DNA from: Bacteroidota bacterium
Lineage (GTDB): Bacteria; Bacteroidota; Bacteroidia; NS11-12g; UBA9320
Assembly (NCBI GenBank): GCA_024645005.1
Contig: JAHEGS010000006.1
Coordinates: forward strand, 21,981-85,980
Reading direction: 5' to 3'
DNA length: 64,000 nt
Within the stretch, counting starts at the first letter, position 1. Every line of letters starts with the position of its first letter. Under the pieces are notes generated by a model. The model had not been told where the DNA came from. It made no database searches and saw only the letters and a list, made by a program, of their open reading frames with translations. Shown here one piece after another: positions 47,398 to 58,277 of the stretch. The position numbers and the translations under genes are program-made.

Positions 47398-49485
47398 TTA
47401 AGCAATATTTTCCCAGTCGATATAGCCTTGTCTATCTTTCATAAAAAGGTAGAGGCTTTGATAATTTGATAGTTTTGGGTCTTTGCTTAAAATTTCGATG
47501 GCAGCCTCTCGGGCTTTTTCAGCAATAGATGAATCCGTATTTAAAGAAGCAAGTTTCAATTGATCAAGACCACTTTGTCTTGTGCCAGCAATATCGCCAA
47601 AACCACGTAGCTGCATGTCAATCTCACTTAACTCAAATCCACTAGTTGTTTGAACCATGGCTTGAAGCCTAGTTTTTGCATTATTACTTAATTTCTTACT
47701 GCTAAGCAATATGCAATAACTTTGCTCGTCTCCACGGCCCACTCTTCCCCTGAGTTGGTGAAGTTGAGATAATCCAAATTTTTCGGCACTTTCAATAATC
47801 ATTATCGAAGCATTAGGCACATTAATTCCCACTTCTATTACTGTCGTACTCACTAGAATATGAGTCTTGCCCTCTGCAAAATCCTTCATCTTGGCCTCTT
47901 TGTCACTGGGTTTCATCTTGCCATGAAGTATCTCAACTTGATACGTTGGTCTTGGAAATGATAAAAGTAGTTCATCATATCCATTGTTGAGATCCTTGTA
48001 ATGTAATTTTTCAGATTCTTCAATTAATGGATAAACGATATATGCCTGCCTTCCTTTGATGATTTGTTCCTTGACAAAATCGAGTACTTTTTGACGTGCA
48101 AATCCAAATCTATGAACAGTTTTAATCGGTTTACGTCCTGCGGGCATTTCGTCAATCACACTATAATCTAAATCACCATACATACTCATAGCTAAAGTGC
48201 GAGGTATAGGGGTAGCGGTCATTACGAGAACGTGAGGGTTTTGAATGCCTTTGTTTTGAAGTTTGGCTCGTTGTGCAACACCAAATCGGTGTTGTTCATC
48301 GATGATTACAAGTCCCAAATTTTTAAAGGATACATTATCTTCAATTAAGGCATGAGTGCCAATCAGAAGCTTGATATCTCCCGACAATAACTTTTCATGA
48401 AGTTCTATCCGTTCTTTTTTTGGAGTGGATCCTGTTAGAAGCCCTATCTGGATATTGATTTTATCAGCTAATTCTTTAAGCCCAATATAGTGCTGAATAG
48501 CAAGTATTTCTGTAGGTGCCATCAAACTTGTTTGATAGTTATTATCTATTGCTCTTAATATGGTTAAAAAAGCCACAATGGTTTTCCCGCTTCCAACATC
48601 ACCCTGCAATAGTCTATTCATTTGTTTGCCAGAATACAAGTCGGACGAGATTTCACCTAGCACCTTTTTTTGAGCATTAGTTAAATCGAATGCAAGATGT
48701 TGATCTAGGAATGTGTTATAATGTATTTCTTTTTTTTCAAAAGCAATACCATGATTGACCTTTTTTCTATTTATTTTTTTTCGAATAAAGGGGAATTGTA
48801 AAAAAAATAGCTCTTCAAACTTGAAACGGTATTGTGCAGCTTCTATATGACGTTGACTTGGGGGTTGATGGATGTATTGAAATGCTTTTTTTCGGGGAAT
48901 GAGCTTATATTTTTTGCAAAACTGATTACTAAATATTTCAGGTATTGCATATCGTTCGTGATTTAGGGCATTTTTGATAATTTGACGTATAACCTTAGTT
49001 TCGATTCGACGAGTTTTCATCATTTCGGAGGTATGATATACCGCCTCTAGTGGTGCAGATTTTAATCGATTTTCGATGGTATCGATTTCTGGATGACTGA
49101 AATTGATACTTCCTTTATAGTGGTTAGGTTTACCAAAAATCACAATTTCTTCATTGATTTTTAAGGTTTTTTTTATCCAGTTGATTCCCTTAAACCAGAG
49201 AAGGTCAATTTCTTGTTGACCGTCTGAAAATGATGCCACTAATCGTTTCTTTTTGAGGGCCCCGACCTCCTCAATATGCTTAATTCTACCTTTTAATTGA
49301 ATATAGCTCGTGTCAGTTTCGATCTCAGATATTTTATAAAATTTAGAACGATCAACATATCTAAATGGGTAGTGATTAATTAAATCAGCAAAACAAAAAA
49401 TGCCAAGCTCTTTTTGCAGAACTTCAGCACGAGTGGATCCTACACCTTTTAAAAATTTTATATCTGAGGCTAAGAATTCATTCAT
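47398..49485 (-). CDS. recG: ATP-dependent DNA helicase RecG
   Basis: 695 aa. Wedge/OB N-terminus and SF2 motifs (GDVGSGKT, IIDEQHRFG, MTATPIPRT, QLHQLRGRVGRG). Confidence 0.95.
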   Translation of the reverse strand: MNEFLASDIKFLKGVGSTRAEVLQKELGIFCFADLINHYPFRYVDRSKFYKISEIETDTSYIQLKGRIKHIEEVGALKKKRLVASFSDGQQEIDLLWFKGINWIKKTLKINEEIVIFGKPNHYKGSINFSHPEIDTIENRLKSAPLEAVYHTSEMMKTRRIETKVIRQIIKNALNHERYAIPEIFSNQFCKKYKLIPRKKAFQYIHQPPSQRHIEAAQYRFKFEELFFLQFPFIRKKINRKKVNHGIAFEKKEIHYNTFLDQHLAFDLTNAQKKVLGEISSDLYSGKQMNRLLQGDVGSGKTIVAFLTILRAIDNNYQTSLMAPTEILAIQHYIGLKELADKINIQIGLLTGSTPKKERIELHEKLLSGDIKLLIGTHALIEDNVSFKNLGLVIIDEQHRFGVAQRAKLQNKGIQNPHVLVMTATPIPRTLAMSMYGDLDYSVIDEMPAGRKPIKTVHRFGFARQKVLDFVKEQIIKGRQAYIVYPLIEESEKLHYKDLNNGYDELLLSFPRPTYQVEILHGKMKPSDKEAKMKDFAEGKTHILVSTTVIEVGINVPNASIMIIESAEKFGLSQLHQLRGRVGRGDEQSYCILLSSKKLSNNAKTRLQAMVQTTSGFELSEIDMQLRGFGDIAGTRQSGLDQLKLASLNTDSSIAEKAREAAIEILSKDPKLSNYQSLYLFMKDRQGYIDWENIA

Positions 49486-50465
49486 TGGAAAAAATATTTA
49501 CTAATGAATGCACCTATTTCCATCATCCATGCTATACCAACATGCACAATGATTCCGCCCCATATGGATTTACTGTAGTAGGATATAATACCCAACAAAC
49601 TACCTCCAAAAAAAGAACTGATTAATTCACCCATGGGCTTATTCCAGTGTATGACAACATACATGTATGCAACTGGAATGATGGCTTTAGGACCTACTAT
49701 CCCCACAAATGCAAGAATCATAAAGCCCCTAAAAAAGAATTCTATGGTAAAAAAGTCTAATCCGTATAAAAGTTCATAAATGGCATAGAACTTCCAATGA
49801 GTTGGGATAGTTATATCGATAGATTGAAGCTGTTGTACTCGAGGATAGGATGTTAAAAAATCAGTTTGTGTACTTGCAGCGGCTATGAGGGGAACCATGC
49901 AAGCTAACATGATCAAGTAGGGTTTAAAATCAAAACTTTTAGACATAAAACCATAGAATGGTTGATTGTTTTTATCCGTAAAAACCCAATAAATAAACAA
50001 AACCAAAAATATAAATAGACCTCGTGCAATAGTCCCAATAATACGATTTAACCAATCCAAGTGAGGATAAATGGAATGTTGATCTAACCAATCACTGACA
50101 AAGAATGAAATAGAACTTCTAAAAGAAAATACCAACACCCCAAATATAGCCAATGCTAAAAATTTTGGGTTCTTCCAAAAACTCCAATTTCTATGAACTA
50201 TGCTGTTAACTAAGTAACCTATCAAAAGTGGAGAAAGGTATAGTATAAAGTGAAAGAGAAATTTAAGATTTTTATAATATGCTTCATACCACCAACTTGT
50301 CAGTAACGATATTTTACCATTGTATTGAGGGATGTATTTGTAGTATTTAAAAAAACAAAACGCAACGATAAAAATTAAGGCAATGATGAATTCTTTCCAA
50401 CTAAAGTGGTCTGTGTAAAATTTGTTGAGGTATTGGAATAGCTTTTTCAAATTGCTAAAAATCAA
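49482..50465 (-). CDS. CPBP family intramembrane glutamic endopeptidase (CAAX protease-like)
   Basis: 327 aa, polytopic. Motif-1-like TIEFFFRGF, then later VIHW and HVGIAW histidine motifs. TTG start. Its stop overlaps the downstream recG start in a 4-nt ATGA (49482-49485). Confidence 0.6.
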   Translation of the reverse strand: MIFSNLKKLFQYLNKFYTDHFSWKEFIIALIFIVAFCFFKYYKYIPQYNGKISLLTSWWYEAYYKNLKFLFHFILYLSPLLIGYLVNSIVHRNWSFWKNPKFLALAIFGVLVFSFRSSISFFVSDWLDQHSIYPHLDWLNRIIGTIARGLFIFLVLFIYWVFTDKNNQPFYGFMSKSFDFKPYLIMLACMVPLIAAASTQTDFLTSYPRVQQLQSIDITIPTHWKFYAIYELLYGLDFFTIEFFFRGFMILAFVGIVGPKAIIPVAYMYVVIHWNKPMGELISSFFGGSLLGIISYYSKSIWGGIIVHVGIAWMMEIGAFISKYFFQ

Positions 50466-50565
50466 AACAATAATAAAACTATCTAGCTGATATACCTATG
50501 GAGTCATTTAAAATCTTAAATGATTAAATCAGATTTAAACTATACTTGTATTAACATATAAAAAA

Positions 50566-53500
50566 ATGCCCTCATTCTCTCATTTACATTGCCATAGTCA
50601 GTTTTCTCTTCTCGATGGTGCTTCCCCTATTGATGATATGTTTTCTAAGGCAAAAGCGGATGGAATGAGAGCTGTAGCTCTAACTGATCATGGAAATATG
50701 TTTGGAGCTTTCAAGTTTGTTAATTCAGGTCTAAAACATGGTGTTAAACCGATAGTTGGATGTGAATTTTACATGGTAGAAGATAGAACTCGAAGGTCTT
50801 TCATTGGAGATACCAAGGATAAAAGATATCATCAACTTATTTTAGCTAAAAATCAAAAAGGATATGAAAATCTATCTCTGTTGTGCTCCATTGGTTTTAT
50901 GGAGGGTTTATACGGTAAATTTCCTAGAATAGACAAAGAGGTACTCAAAAGACACAGCGAGGGATTAATAGCTACGTCGTGTTGTATTGGTGCAGAGATA
51001 CCTCAAGCAATTTTATTTAAAGGAGAGGAAGAAGCTGAAGGAATTTTAAAAGAGTACATTGATATTTTTGGGGAGGATTATTATATCGAGTTACAACGCC
51101 ACGGGATTCAAAATATTGATGGAACTGGTATGAGCCAAGAGGATGTAAATCAGGTACTTATCAGTTTTGCCAATAAATATGATTTAAAAATTATAGCAAC
51201 TAATGATTCACATTACATGGAAGAGGAGGATGCTTTGCCTCATGATATTCTTTTATGTGTGAATACAGGTTCTAGAATTACTGATCCTAAGGGTTATGGT
51301 AAAGGGATGCGGTTTGCATTTCCGAATAATGAGTTTTTCTTTAAAACACAAGAAGAAATGGGTCGATTATTTGCAGATATACCTGAGGCTCTAGACAATA
51401 CAAACATTGTTGTAGATAGTATCGAAACTCCTCAATTAACTCGTGATGTTCTGTTGCCCAACTTCGTTATGCCTCCTGAATTCAAGAGTCAAGATGATTA
51501 TTTGAAATATCTCACCTTCGAAGGAGCCAAGAGAAGATATCCAAATTTAACAAGTGAGATTGAAGAACGTCTTTTATTTGAGCTATCAGTAATCAAGGAG
51601 TCAGGCTATCCAGGTTACTTTTTAATTGTTCAAGATTTTACTAGTGTCGCAAGAGATATGGGGGTGTCAGTTGGTCCAGGAAGAGGTTCTGCAGCTGGGA
51701 GTGCTGTGGCCTATTGTTTGGGAATAACGAATGTAGACCCTATAGCTTATGATTTACTTTTTGAGCGATTTTTGAATCCAGAACGTGTTTCATTGCCTGA
51801 TATAGATATTGATTTTGATGATGAAGGAAGGCAAAAGGTAATTGATTATGTGGTTGATAAATATGGGAAAAATCAAGTTGCCCAAATCATAACCTATGGA
51901 AGTATGGCAGCTCGATCCTCCTTGAGAGATGTCGGTCGGGTAATGGATGTACCACTTGGAGAGGTTGACAAGGTTACCAAAATTTTTCCTACACATCTGA
52001 GTGCCAATCTCAAAAAGGTATTGAATGAGGATGGAATTGACAAAAAATTAAAGGGAGATATGAACTCAGAGCAAGTAAAAGCTGCTGAGGACTTCAGAAA
52101 ACTTTCTGAAAATGAGGACTCTATCGGTCAAATGATAAGAACGGCTAAACGTTTAGAAGGATCAGTAAGAAATACAGGGATACATGCATGTGGTGTGATT
52201 ATAACTCCGGATGACATAACGAAATATGTGCCTGTTACTACGGCTAAAGATTCGGATCTTTTGGTTACTCAATTTGATAATAGTGTAGTAGAGTCTGCCG
52301 GATTGCTCAAGATGGATTTCTTGGGTCTCAAAACATTAACGATCATAAAAGATGCTGTTGAGATTATTAAAAATAAGCGAGGGGTAACGATTGTTCCAGA
52401 TGAGATTCCTTTGGATGATAAAAAAACATTAGAACTTTTCTCAAAAGGTAATACCAATGGTATTTTTCAGTTTGAAAGCCCTGGAATGCAAAAAAATCTC
52501 AAAATGTTGAAGCCGGATAAATTTGAGGATTTAATCGCAATGAATGCTTTATATCGTCCAGGTCCAATGGAATACATTAAAAACTTTATTGCTCGTAAGC
52601 ATGGTCGGGAGGCAATAAACTACGATCTTGATGACATGCAAGAATATCTTGCGGATACATATGGGATTACTGTTTACCAAGAGCAAGTAATGCTTCTTTC
52701 ACAAAAACTAGCAGGCTTTACTAAAGGTCAAGCAGACAGTTTGAGAAAGGCGATGGGTAAAAAGAAAATTGAGGAGATGAATAAGCTTTTTGATTTATTT
52801 ATTACTCAAGGAACAGAACGAGGTCATGATGAGACGATACTCAAGAAGGTCTGGACAGATTGGGAAGCATTTGCTTCATATGCTTTCAATAAAAGTCATA
52901 GTACGTGTTATGCCTATCTTGCTTTTCATACTGGATATTTAAAAGCTCATTATCCAGCTGAATTCATGGCTTCCGTACTCACACATAACATGAATGACAT
53001 TAAAAAAGTTAGCTTTTTTATGGATGAATGCAAATGGATGGGCATTGAGATTTTAGGACCGAGTGCCAATGAAAGTGAACGAAAGTTTAGTGTTAACAAA
53101 GATGGAGCAGTTCGTTTTGGGTTGGCAGCAATCAAAGGGGTCGGAGATACTGCAGCAGAAGAGATTATAAGAGAACGAAATGAAAATGGTGTCTATGCTA
53201 GTATTTTTGGTATTTGTAAACGTGTGAATCAGCGAGTTGTCAATAAGAAATCATTGGAAAATTTGGCTATTGCTGGAGCATTTGATGAGTTTGGAGTGAA
53301 TAGATCAGCCTATGTTGTAGACGCTGGTCAAGGAAAAGGCGTGGATATGGCAGTTAAATTTGGAAATCAGGTTCAAAGTGATGCATTAAGTAATCAAGCA
53401 TCACTATTTGGAGGTGCGGGCTCACTTGAAATATCAGAGCCAGTATTGCCAACTGTAGAGTCATGGTCTCTCATGGAAAAGTTACAACTTGAAAAGGAAC

Positions 53501-54105
53501 TGGTTGGGATTTATATTTCTGGACATCCATTGAACAACTATAAGTTTGAGATAGACCATTTTACCTCACATACTATACTCAATCTTGAAGAACAGAATCT
53601 GAAGCTTGAAGGAGCAGAAATAAAGCTTGCTGGTCTTATCACATCGGTCAGAGATTCAGTTAGTAAAAACGGAAAACCATTCTGTATTTTTACACTTGAG
53701 GATTTTAGTGGTACTAGAGAGTTTGCACTTTTTGGAGAAAAATACACCCAGTTTAAACCTTGGATAGAGCTCAATGCTCAAATATTCATAACAGCGAAAG
53801 GAGAAAAAAGCTATCGAGACCCTGATAAACTAGACTTAAATTTGCTACAATTGACCTTCTTGGAAGATACGGTTGACCATCAGTTAAAAAAAGTGACTCT
53901 TGAAATTGAAGCTGAAGATATCAATGAGACTATCATGGAATCCATTTTTGATTTAATTGACGAACGAGGTAAAGTCAAGCTGGCCTTTAAGGTTAAAAAT
54001 GGTGAAAAAAGTGTATTGGCTCTATCCCAAAGATATAAAATCCAAATGGATGAAATTACAAAAAGAAAACTGAACTCTTTAGGTTTGAATTTCCGATTTA
54101 ATTAG
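50566..54105 (+). CDS. dnaE: DNA polymerase III subunit alpha
   Basis: 1179 aa. PHP domain FSHLHCHSQFSLLDGA, palm/fingers blocks (GPGRGSAAGS, LPDIDIDF, KMDFLGLKTL, YQEQVM) and a C-terminal OB fold. Confidence 0.95.
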   Translation: MPSFSHLHCHSQFSLLDGASPIDDMFSKAKADGMRAVALTDHGNMFGAFKFVNSGLKHGVKPIVGCEFYMVEDRTRRSFIGDTKDKRYHQLILAKNQKGYENLSLLCSIGFMEGLYGKFPRIDKEVLKRHSEGLIATSCCIGAEIPQAILFKGEEEAEGILKEYIDIFGEDYYIELQRHGIQNIDGTGMSQEDVNQVLISFANKYDLKIIATNDSHYMEEEDALPHDILLCVNTGSRITDPKGYGKGMRFAFPNNEFFFKTQEEMGRLFADIPEALDNTNIVVDSIETPQLTRDVLLPNFVMPPEFKSQDDYLKYLTFEGAKRRYPNLTSEIEERLLFELSVIKESGYPGYFLIVQDFTSVARDMGVSVGPGRGSAAGSAVAYCLGITNVDPIAYDLLFERFLNPERVSLPDIDIDFDDEGRQKVIDYVVDKYGKNQVAQIITYGSMAARSSLRDVGRVMDVPLGEVDKVTKIFPTHLSANLKKVLNEDGIDKKLKGDMNSEQVKAAEDFRKLSENEDSIGQMIRTAKRLEGSVRNTGIHACGVIITPDDITKYVPVTTAKDSDLLVTQFDNSVVESAGLLKMDFLGLKTLTIIKDAVEIIKNKRGVTIVPDEIPLDDKKTLELFSKGNTNGIFQFESPGMQKNLKMLKPDKFEDLIAMNALYRPGPMEYIKNFIARKHGREAINYDLDDMQEYLADTYGITVYQEQVMLLSQKLAGFTKGQADSLRKAMGKKKIEEMNKLFDLFITQGTERGHDETILKKVWTDWEAFASYAFNKSHSTCYAYLAFHTGYLKAHYPAEFMASVLTHNMNDIKKVSFFMDECKWMGIEILGPSANESERKFSVNKDGAVRFGLAAIKGVGDTAAEEIIRERNENGVYASIFGICKRVNQRVVNKKSLENLAIAGAFDEFGVNRSAYVVDAGQGKGVDMAVKFGNQVQSDALSNQASLFGGAGSLEISEPVLPTVESWSLMEKLQLEKELVGIYISGHPLNNYKFEIDHFTSHTILNLEEQNLKLEGAEIKLAGLITSVRDSVSKNGKPFCIFTLEDFSGTREFALFGEKYTQFKPWIELNAQIFITAKGEKSYRDPDKLDLNLLQLTFLEDTVDHQLKKVTLEIEAEDINETIMESIFDLIDERGKVKLAFKVKNGEKSVLALSQRYKIQMDEITKRKLNSLGLNFRFN

Positions 54106-54229
54106 TGTTTTACTTTTAAATTTTTCATTTTAATTTTCACTTTGTGTGTTAGGTTATTTCTGTTTTGACTTGACTTTTTCCTTTTTTTTGGTTAGATTTA
54201 GAGCACCAAAAAATTTAAAACTTATTATT

Positions 54230-55039
54230 ATGGATACAGCGTTTAAAAAAATTTTAATAGCATTTGATGGAAGTGACTCTTCAAAATCGGCTCTTCAAAG
54301 TGCCTATGGAGTTGCTCAGAAATTTGATTCTGATATAACAGCTCTTGTTGTATCGGAAGAAGACACAAATCTTGAGATAAGCAAATCATATTTGGAGGAA
54401 TATGCACAAAACAAGCGGCTTAATATTGAAATTATTGAACGATCTGGGGCAGTGTATGATGAGGTTATCAAATTGGAACTAGAGCATAATTATAGTCTCA
54501 TACTCATTGGTACTCATGGAACTAGTGGTTGGAAGCCATTGTGGATGGGAGGGAATGCATTTAAGGTAATAAGCAGTTCCACTTGCCCAGTTATCAGTGT
54601 GCCCGAAAAGTCATCCTCACCTGAATTAAATCATATTCTATTGCCTTTATTAGATTCTAATACAACTCGCCAGAAAGTACCTTATTGTATTAAATTAGCA
54701 AAAGCTTTTGGCTCGACAGTTCATATTTTGGGAATATCTAAAAGTGATTCTTCAGAAACTCAAAAACATGTTCATGCATATGTAAAACAAACGATGAATT
54801 ATCTTTCCACAAGAGGTGTAAAATGCACTCATGAAGAAAAATATGGAGTCAATGTAGCAGAAACATGTATTGGCTACGGTGAGGAGGTTAATGCTGGTTT
54901 AATGCTTATTATGACGGAAACGGAGAGTGCTGGATTATTTATGGGAACCTATGCTCAGCAGTTAGTTAATAGCAGTACAATCCCCGTAATGAGTATTCAT
55001 TCAAGGGATACTCGATTAGCAGGTGCTGCAGGTTATTAA
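54230..55039 (+). CDS. Universal stress protein (tandem USP domains)
   Basis: Two USP repeats (KKILIAFDGSDSS...LIGTHGTSG...VISVP and HILLPLLDS...). ATG at 54230 is preferred over the GTG at 54146 used by the longest ORF. Confidence 0.75.
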   Translation: MDTAFKKILIAFDGSDSSKSALQSAYGVAQKFDSDITALVVSEEDTNLEISKSYLEEYAQNKRLNIEIIERSGAVYDEVIKLELEHNYSLILIGTHGTSGWKPLWMGGNAFKVISSSTCPVISVPEKSSSPELNHILLPLLDSNTTRQKVPYCIKLAKAFGSTVHILGISKSDSSETQKHVHAYVKQTMNYLSTRGVKCTHEEKYGVNVAETCIGYGEEVNAGLMLIMTETESAGLFMGTYAQQLVNSSTIPVMSIHSRDTRLAGAAGY

Positions 55040-55040
55040 T

Positions 55041-55802
55041 TTATATACCTTTGTTTCGAATGATTTCTCCCGCAGCGGGTTGTGCAGTGGGCATAATTAT
55101 TAACTCGTTAATATTAACGTGTTTTGGTCGGTTGATGGCAAACCAAATAGCATCCGCAATATCTTGAGCTACTAAATTTTCAAAACCAGCATATACGTTT
55201 TTGGCTTTTTCAGTGTTTCCATCCAGACGTACAATAGAAAATTCTGTTTCAACAGCTCCTGGGTTTATACTAGTAACTCTAACACCAAATTGTGCAAGCT
55301 CCCTACGCATAGCCTTGTTTAGGGCATCTACCATGTGCTTTGTGCCACAGTATACATTCCCATTTGGGTATACTTCTTTTCCAGCAATCGAACCAATATT
55401 AATGATATGACCTTGGGTTTTTTTAAGTATGGGAGTTATGTATTTTGTCATATGAAGTAGTCCTTTGATATTAGTGTCAATCATACGATTCCAATGATCA
55501 ATGCTTCCAGATTCAATGCTATTTAGTCCTGCCGCTAATCCAGCATTGTTAATTAAGACATCAATAGACAACCACTCTGAAGATAAATTGGCAATGTATT
55601 TCTCTACCTCCTCATGATTTCGAATATCAATATGCATGATTTTTGTTTGGATATCATATTGATTAGTGAGTTTTCTGCTTTGTTCTTCGAGACGATCATT
55701 TCGACGACCATTCAATATCAAATCATAGCCATTTTTAGCAAGTATTTGAGCTGCTGCAGCACCTATCCCTGCTGTTGTTCCTGTGATTAGTGCTATGGGC
55801 AT
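55041..55802 (-). CDS. SDR family NAD(P)-dependent oxidoreductase (YdfG-like)
   Basis: 253 aa. TGTTAGIGAA cofactor motif, NNAG, and the catalytic YCGTK (YxxxK) motif. Confidence 0.85.
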   Translation of the reverse strand: MPIALITGTTAGIGAAAAQILAKNGYDLILNGRRNDRLEEQSRKLTNQYDIQTKIMHIDIRNHEEVEKYIANLSSEWLSIDVLINNAGLAAGLNSIESGSIDHWNRMIDTNIKGLLHMTKYITPILKKTQGHIINIGSIAGKEVYPNGNVYCGTKHMVDALNKAMRRELAQFGVRVTSINPGAVETEFSIVRLDGNTEKAKNVYAGFENLVAQDIADAIWFAINRPKHVNINELIIMPTAQPAAGEIIRNKGI

Positions 55803-56572
55803 TATTTACCTTTTAACATATTAAGTATTGCTTCATCTGTCATTTCAAGCATTCCTGAATTCAGAATTTCTTCAACTTCCGGAGCTTTTTCATCATTGGG
55901 ATATTCTTCTAAAAATTGGGTGTAATATTTCTTTGCTAGATTGGTGTCTTCAAGATATTCCCATGCAATGAACCCAGCTCGATAAATTAGGTTATTGCGA
56001 TTTTTGAATTTGGGCCATTTTACAATGGCATTATCTAATGTTCTAACTGCATCACTAAACCGACCAACAGCAGTATATCCCATAGTTAGGTTTTCAAAAT
56101 CTTTTGGTCTCAGAATTGTGGTAGCATCTGAAATTTTATTTTGATACAATTTAATTATGTCTTGCCATTGGGCAGGTGTAGGTAGATTTTTATCCAAGAT
56201 TTCATTAATTAATTCTTGAGACTGATCATATTGGTTTGTGCGACTATACATGATAGCCAAATTGATGGCTGCATTTCTATATCGATCAGAACTATCATCA
56301 CGAGTAATGTACTCAGATAATAATTGAATAGATTCTGACGTGTCATTTTCATAGAAATAATATTGACCAGCTGCGTATAAAAAATTATTTGCTTCTGTGT
56401 CAGAATAAGCTAATCCATAGTTTTTGTGGAGTAGGGCCAATTCCTTGAGTCCTTCTTGAGTCCCTGTTTTTTCTGATTTCTCAAATGCTTGAATTTCTGC
56501 TAATTGAGATTCTCGGTTTTGACTACATCCTAAAATGAGCAGGAGTAGTAAAATAAATGGTGTTTTTTTCAT
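55802..56572 (-). CDS. Tetratricopeptide-repeat lipoprotein (function unknown)
   Basis: Lipobox LLILGCS followed by helical-repeat sequence with TPR-like A/Y/L spacing (YRAGFIAWEYLEDTNLAKKYYTQFLEEYP). Confidence 0.5.
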   Translation of the reverse strand: MKKTPFILLLLLILGCSQNRESQLAEIQAFEKSEKTGTQEGLKELALLHKNYGLAYSDTEANNFLYAAGQYYFYENDTSESIQLLSEYITRDDSSDRYRNAAINLAIMYSRTNQYDQSQELINEILDKNLPTPAQWQDIIKLYQNKISDATTILRPKDFENLTMGYTAVGRFSDAVRTLDNAIVKWPKFKNRNNLIYRAGFIAWEYLEDTNLAKKYYTQFLEEYPNDEKAPEVEEILNSGMLEMTDEAILNMLKGK

Positions 56573-56575
56573 GTC

Positions 56576-56944
56576 CTAATATTGGTTGGTTCGCAAAAGT
56601 ACTAATGTACATGCATTTAATGTTTGTATCTCTTTTTTTTGAGCTATTCGAACTAGTTCTTCGTTTTCAGTTCCTGGATTAAAAATAATTCTTTTGGGGT
56701 TAAGATCTATAATTTTTTGACTGTATTGCTCTTGCAATTTCGGATTTATATATAATGTTATCGTATCAAACGACTCTTTTTCTGGCCATTGGTTTTGAAT
56801 TTCTAATGTACCAATTGTTCCTTTTTTTATACCATACGGAATAACCTCATGATTATGTTCCTGCAGTAATTGAGCGGCTTTAAAACTGTAGCGGTCCATT
56901 TTTGGTGTTGCACCAATTACCAATGTTCTTTTATTCTCCTGCAT
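56576..56944 (-). CDS. CoA-binding domain protein (YccU-like)
   Basis: About 122 aa. TLVIGATPKMDRYSFKAAQLL...VIPYG pattern of the CoA_binding_2 family. ATG at 56944 is preferred over TTG at 56950. Overlaps the purB 3' end by 14 nt. Confidence 0.6.
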   Translation of the reverse strand: MQENKRTLVIGATPKMDRYSFKAAQLLQEHNHEVIPYGIKKGTIGTLEIQNQWPEKESFDTITLYINPKLQEQYSQKIIDLNPKRIIFNPGTENEELVRIAQKKEIQTLNACTLVLLRTNQY

Positions 56945-58277
56945 AACCAAGGTAGTTGAATGGAGTAATTTTGCTTATTTCAATTTTTACAGCATCCGAA
57001 ACTGCTAATTTCTCTACAAATGCAGAAATACTCTGCTCGTTAATACCATTATGGGTTCTTGTTAGATCCTTTAATAGTTCATAGGCTCCTTCTACTTTTT
57101 CTCGTCTAAGGATAGTTTGAATAGCTTCTGCTACAACAGCCCAATTTTTATCTAAATCCGCATGGATAGCTTCGTTGTTTAAAATGAGTTTTCCCATACC
57201 TTTATTCAAACTTTTAAGAGCAATCAATGTGTGCGATAAAGGAACTCCAATATTTCTTAATACTGTACTATCTGTTAAATCTCTTTGAAGTCTACTAATG
57301 GGAAGCTTATTACTCAAGTGATCGTACAAGGCATTTGCAATCCCCATGTTTCCTTCTGCATTTTCAAAATCAATTGGATTTACTTTATGAGGCATGGCAC
57401 TTGAGCCTACTTCACCAGCAACGATTTTCTGTTTAAAGAAATCCATACTGATGTATTGCCAGATGTCTTTAGCAAAATCTATTAGGATAATATTAATTCG
57501 TCTTAATGCATCGAATACAGCAGCTAATTGGTCGTAGTGATCAATTTGAGTAGTAGGATAACTTCTGACTAACCCTAAATCATTAACTAGCTGATCACCG
57601 AACTCGGGCCAGTTAACATCTGGGAAAGCCAGCCTGTGAGCATTGAATGCACCAGTTGCACCTCCAAATTTGGCACTGATTGGAGTATTAATGAGGGTTT
57701 CTAATTGAATTTGGATACGTTCTGCAAAAACAGCAAACTCTTTTCCCACTGTAGTAGGAGTAGCTGCCTGTCCGTGAGTCCTACTTAATAAGGGAATGCT
57801 TTTCCATTCATCAGCAAAAGAGATGATTTTTTCCAAAACGTTTTTGATAGCAGGTGTTATAACCTCATCGATACCTAGCTGTAAACTAAATGGTACAGCA
57901 GTATTATTAATATCTTGACTAGTCAACCCAAAGTGAACAAATTCACTGTAAGTTTCAATTGGTGTTCCTTTGAGTTTATTTTTAATAAAATACTCAACAG
58001 CTTTAACATCGTGATTAGTCGTTTTTTCAATTTCCTTAATTTCTTGAGCATCTTTTTCGTTAAAATTTTGATAGATGGCTCTCAAAAAAGTTTGATTTTC
58101 CTCAGATAATAAAGGGAAGGGCTTTAGTTCCAATTGAGATAATGAGATAAAATATTCAATTTCGATCCAAACGCGGTATTTGAATAGACCGTATTCGGAA
58201 AAATAAGGTGCCAATTCATTTACTTTATTGTGGTATCTGCCATCGATAGGACTGATTGCTGAAAGTGGTGAAAGCAT
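56931..58277 (-). CDS. purB: Adenylosuccinate lyase
   Basis: MLSPLSAISPIDGRYHNKV... is colinear with the E. coli PurB N-terminus, and the lyase signature GEVGSSAMPHKVNP is present. ATG at 58277 is preferred over the longest-ORF start at 58304. Confidence 0.9.
   Translation of the reverse strand: MLSPLSAISPIDGRYHNKVNELAPYFSEYGLFKYRVWIEIEYFISLSQLELKPFPLLSEENQTFLRAIYQNFNEKDAQEIKEIEKTTNHDVKAVEYFIKNKLKGTPIETYSEFVHFGLTSQDINNTAVPFSLQLGIDEVITPAIKNVLEKIISFADEWKSIPLLSRTHGQAATPTTVGKEFAVFAERIQIQLETLINTPISAKFGGATGAFNAHRLAFPDVNWPEFGDQLVNDLGLVRSYPTTQIDHYDQLAAVFDALRRINIILIDFAKDIWQYISMDFFKQKIVAGEVGSSAMPHKVNPIDFENAEGNMGIANALYDHLSNKLPISRLQRDLTDSTVLRNIGVPLSHTLIALKSLNKGMGKLILNNEAIHADLDKNWAVVAEAIQTILRREKVEGAYELLKDLTRTHNGINEQSISAFVEKLAVSDAVKIEISKITPFNYLGYAGE

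Noticed and set aside
50504-50523. Palindrome TCATTTAA-aatc-TTAAATGA between the CPBP protease gene and dnaE.
   Set aside because: It is almost pure A/T in an AT-rich promoter region, has no second copy in the window, and is easily a chance event.
54165-54175. Tandem TTGACTTGACT upstream of the USP gene, considered as a -35-like or ECF promoter element.
   Set aside because: It is a short direct repeat with no matching -10 or -7 partner at a sensible distance. The Proteobacteria-type -35 logic does not transfer to this phylum.
54146-54229. N-terminal extensions in the longest-ORF track. Affected genes are USP at 54146, rluD at 15570, purB at 58304, the sigma-54 activator at 61914 and the CoA-binding protein at 56950.
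   Set aside because: The extensions start at GTG/TTG, add non-conserved residues ahead of an ATG in an A-rich context, and that ATG reproduces the family-typical N-terminus. I annotated the shorter forms.
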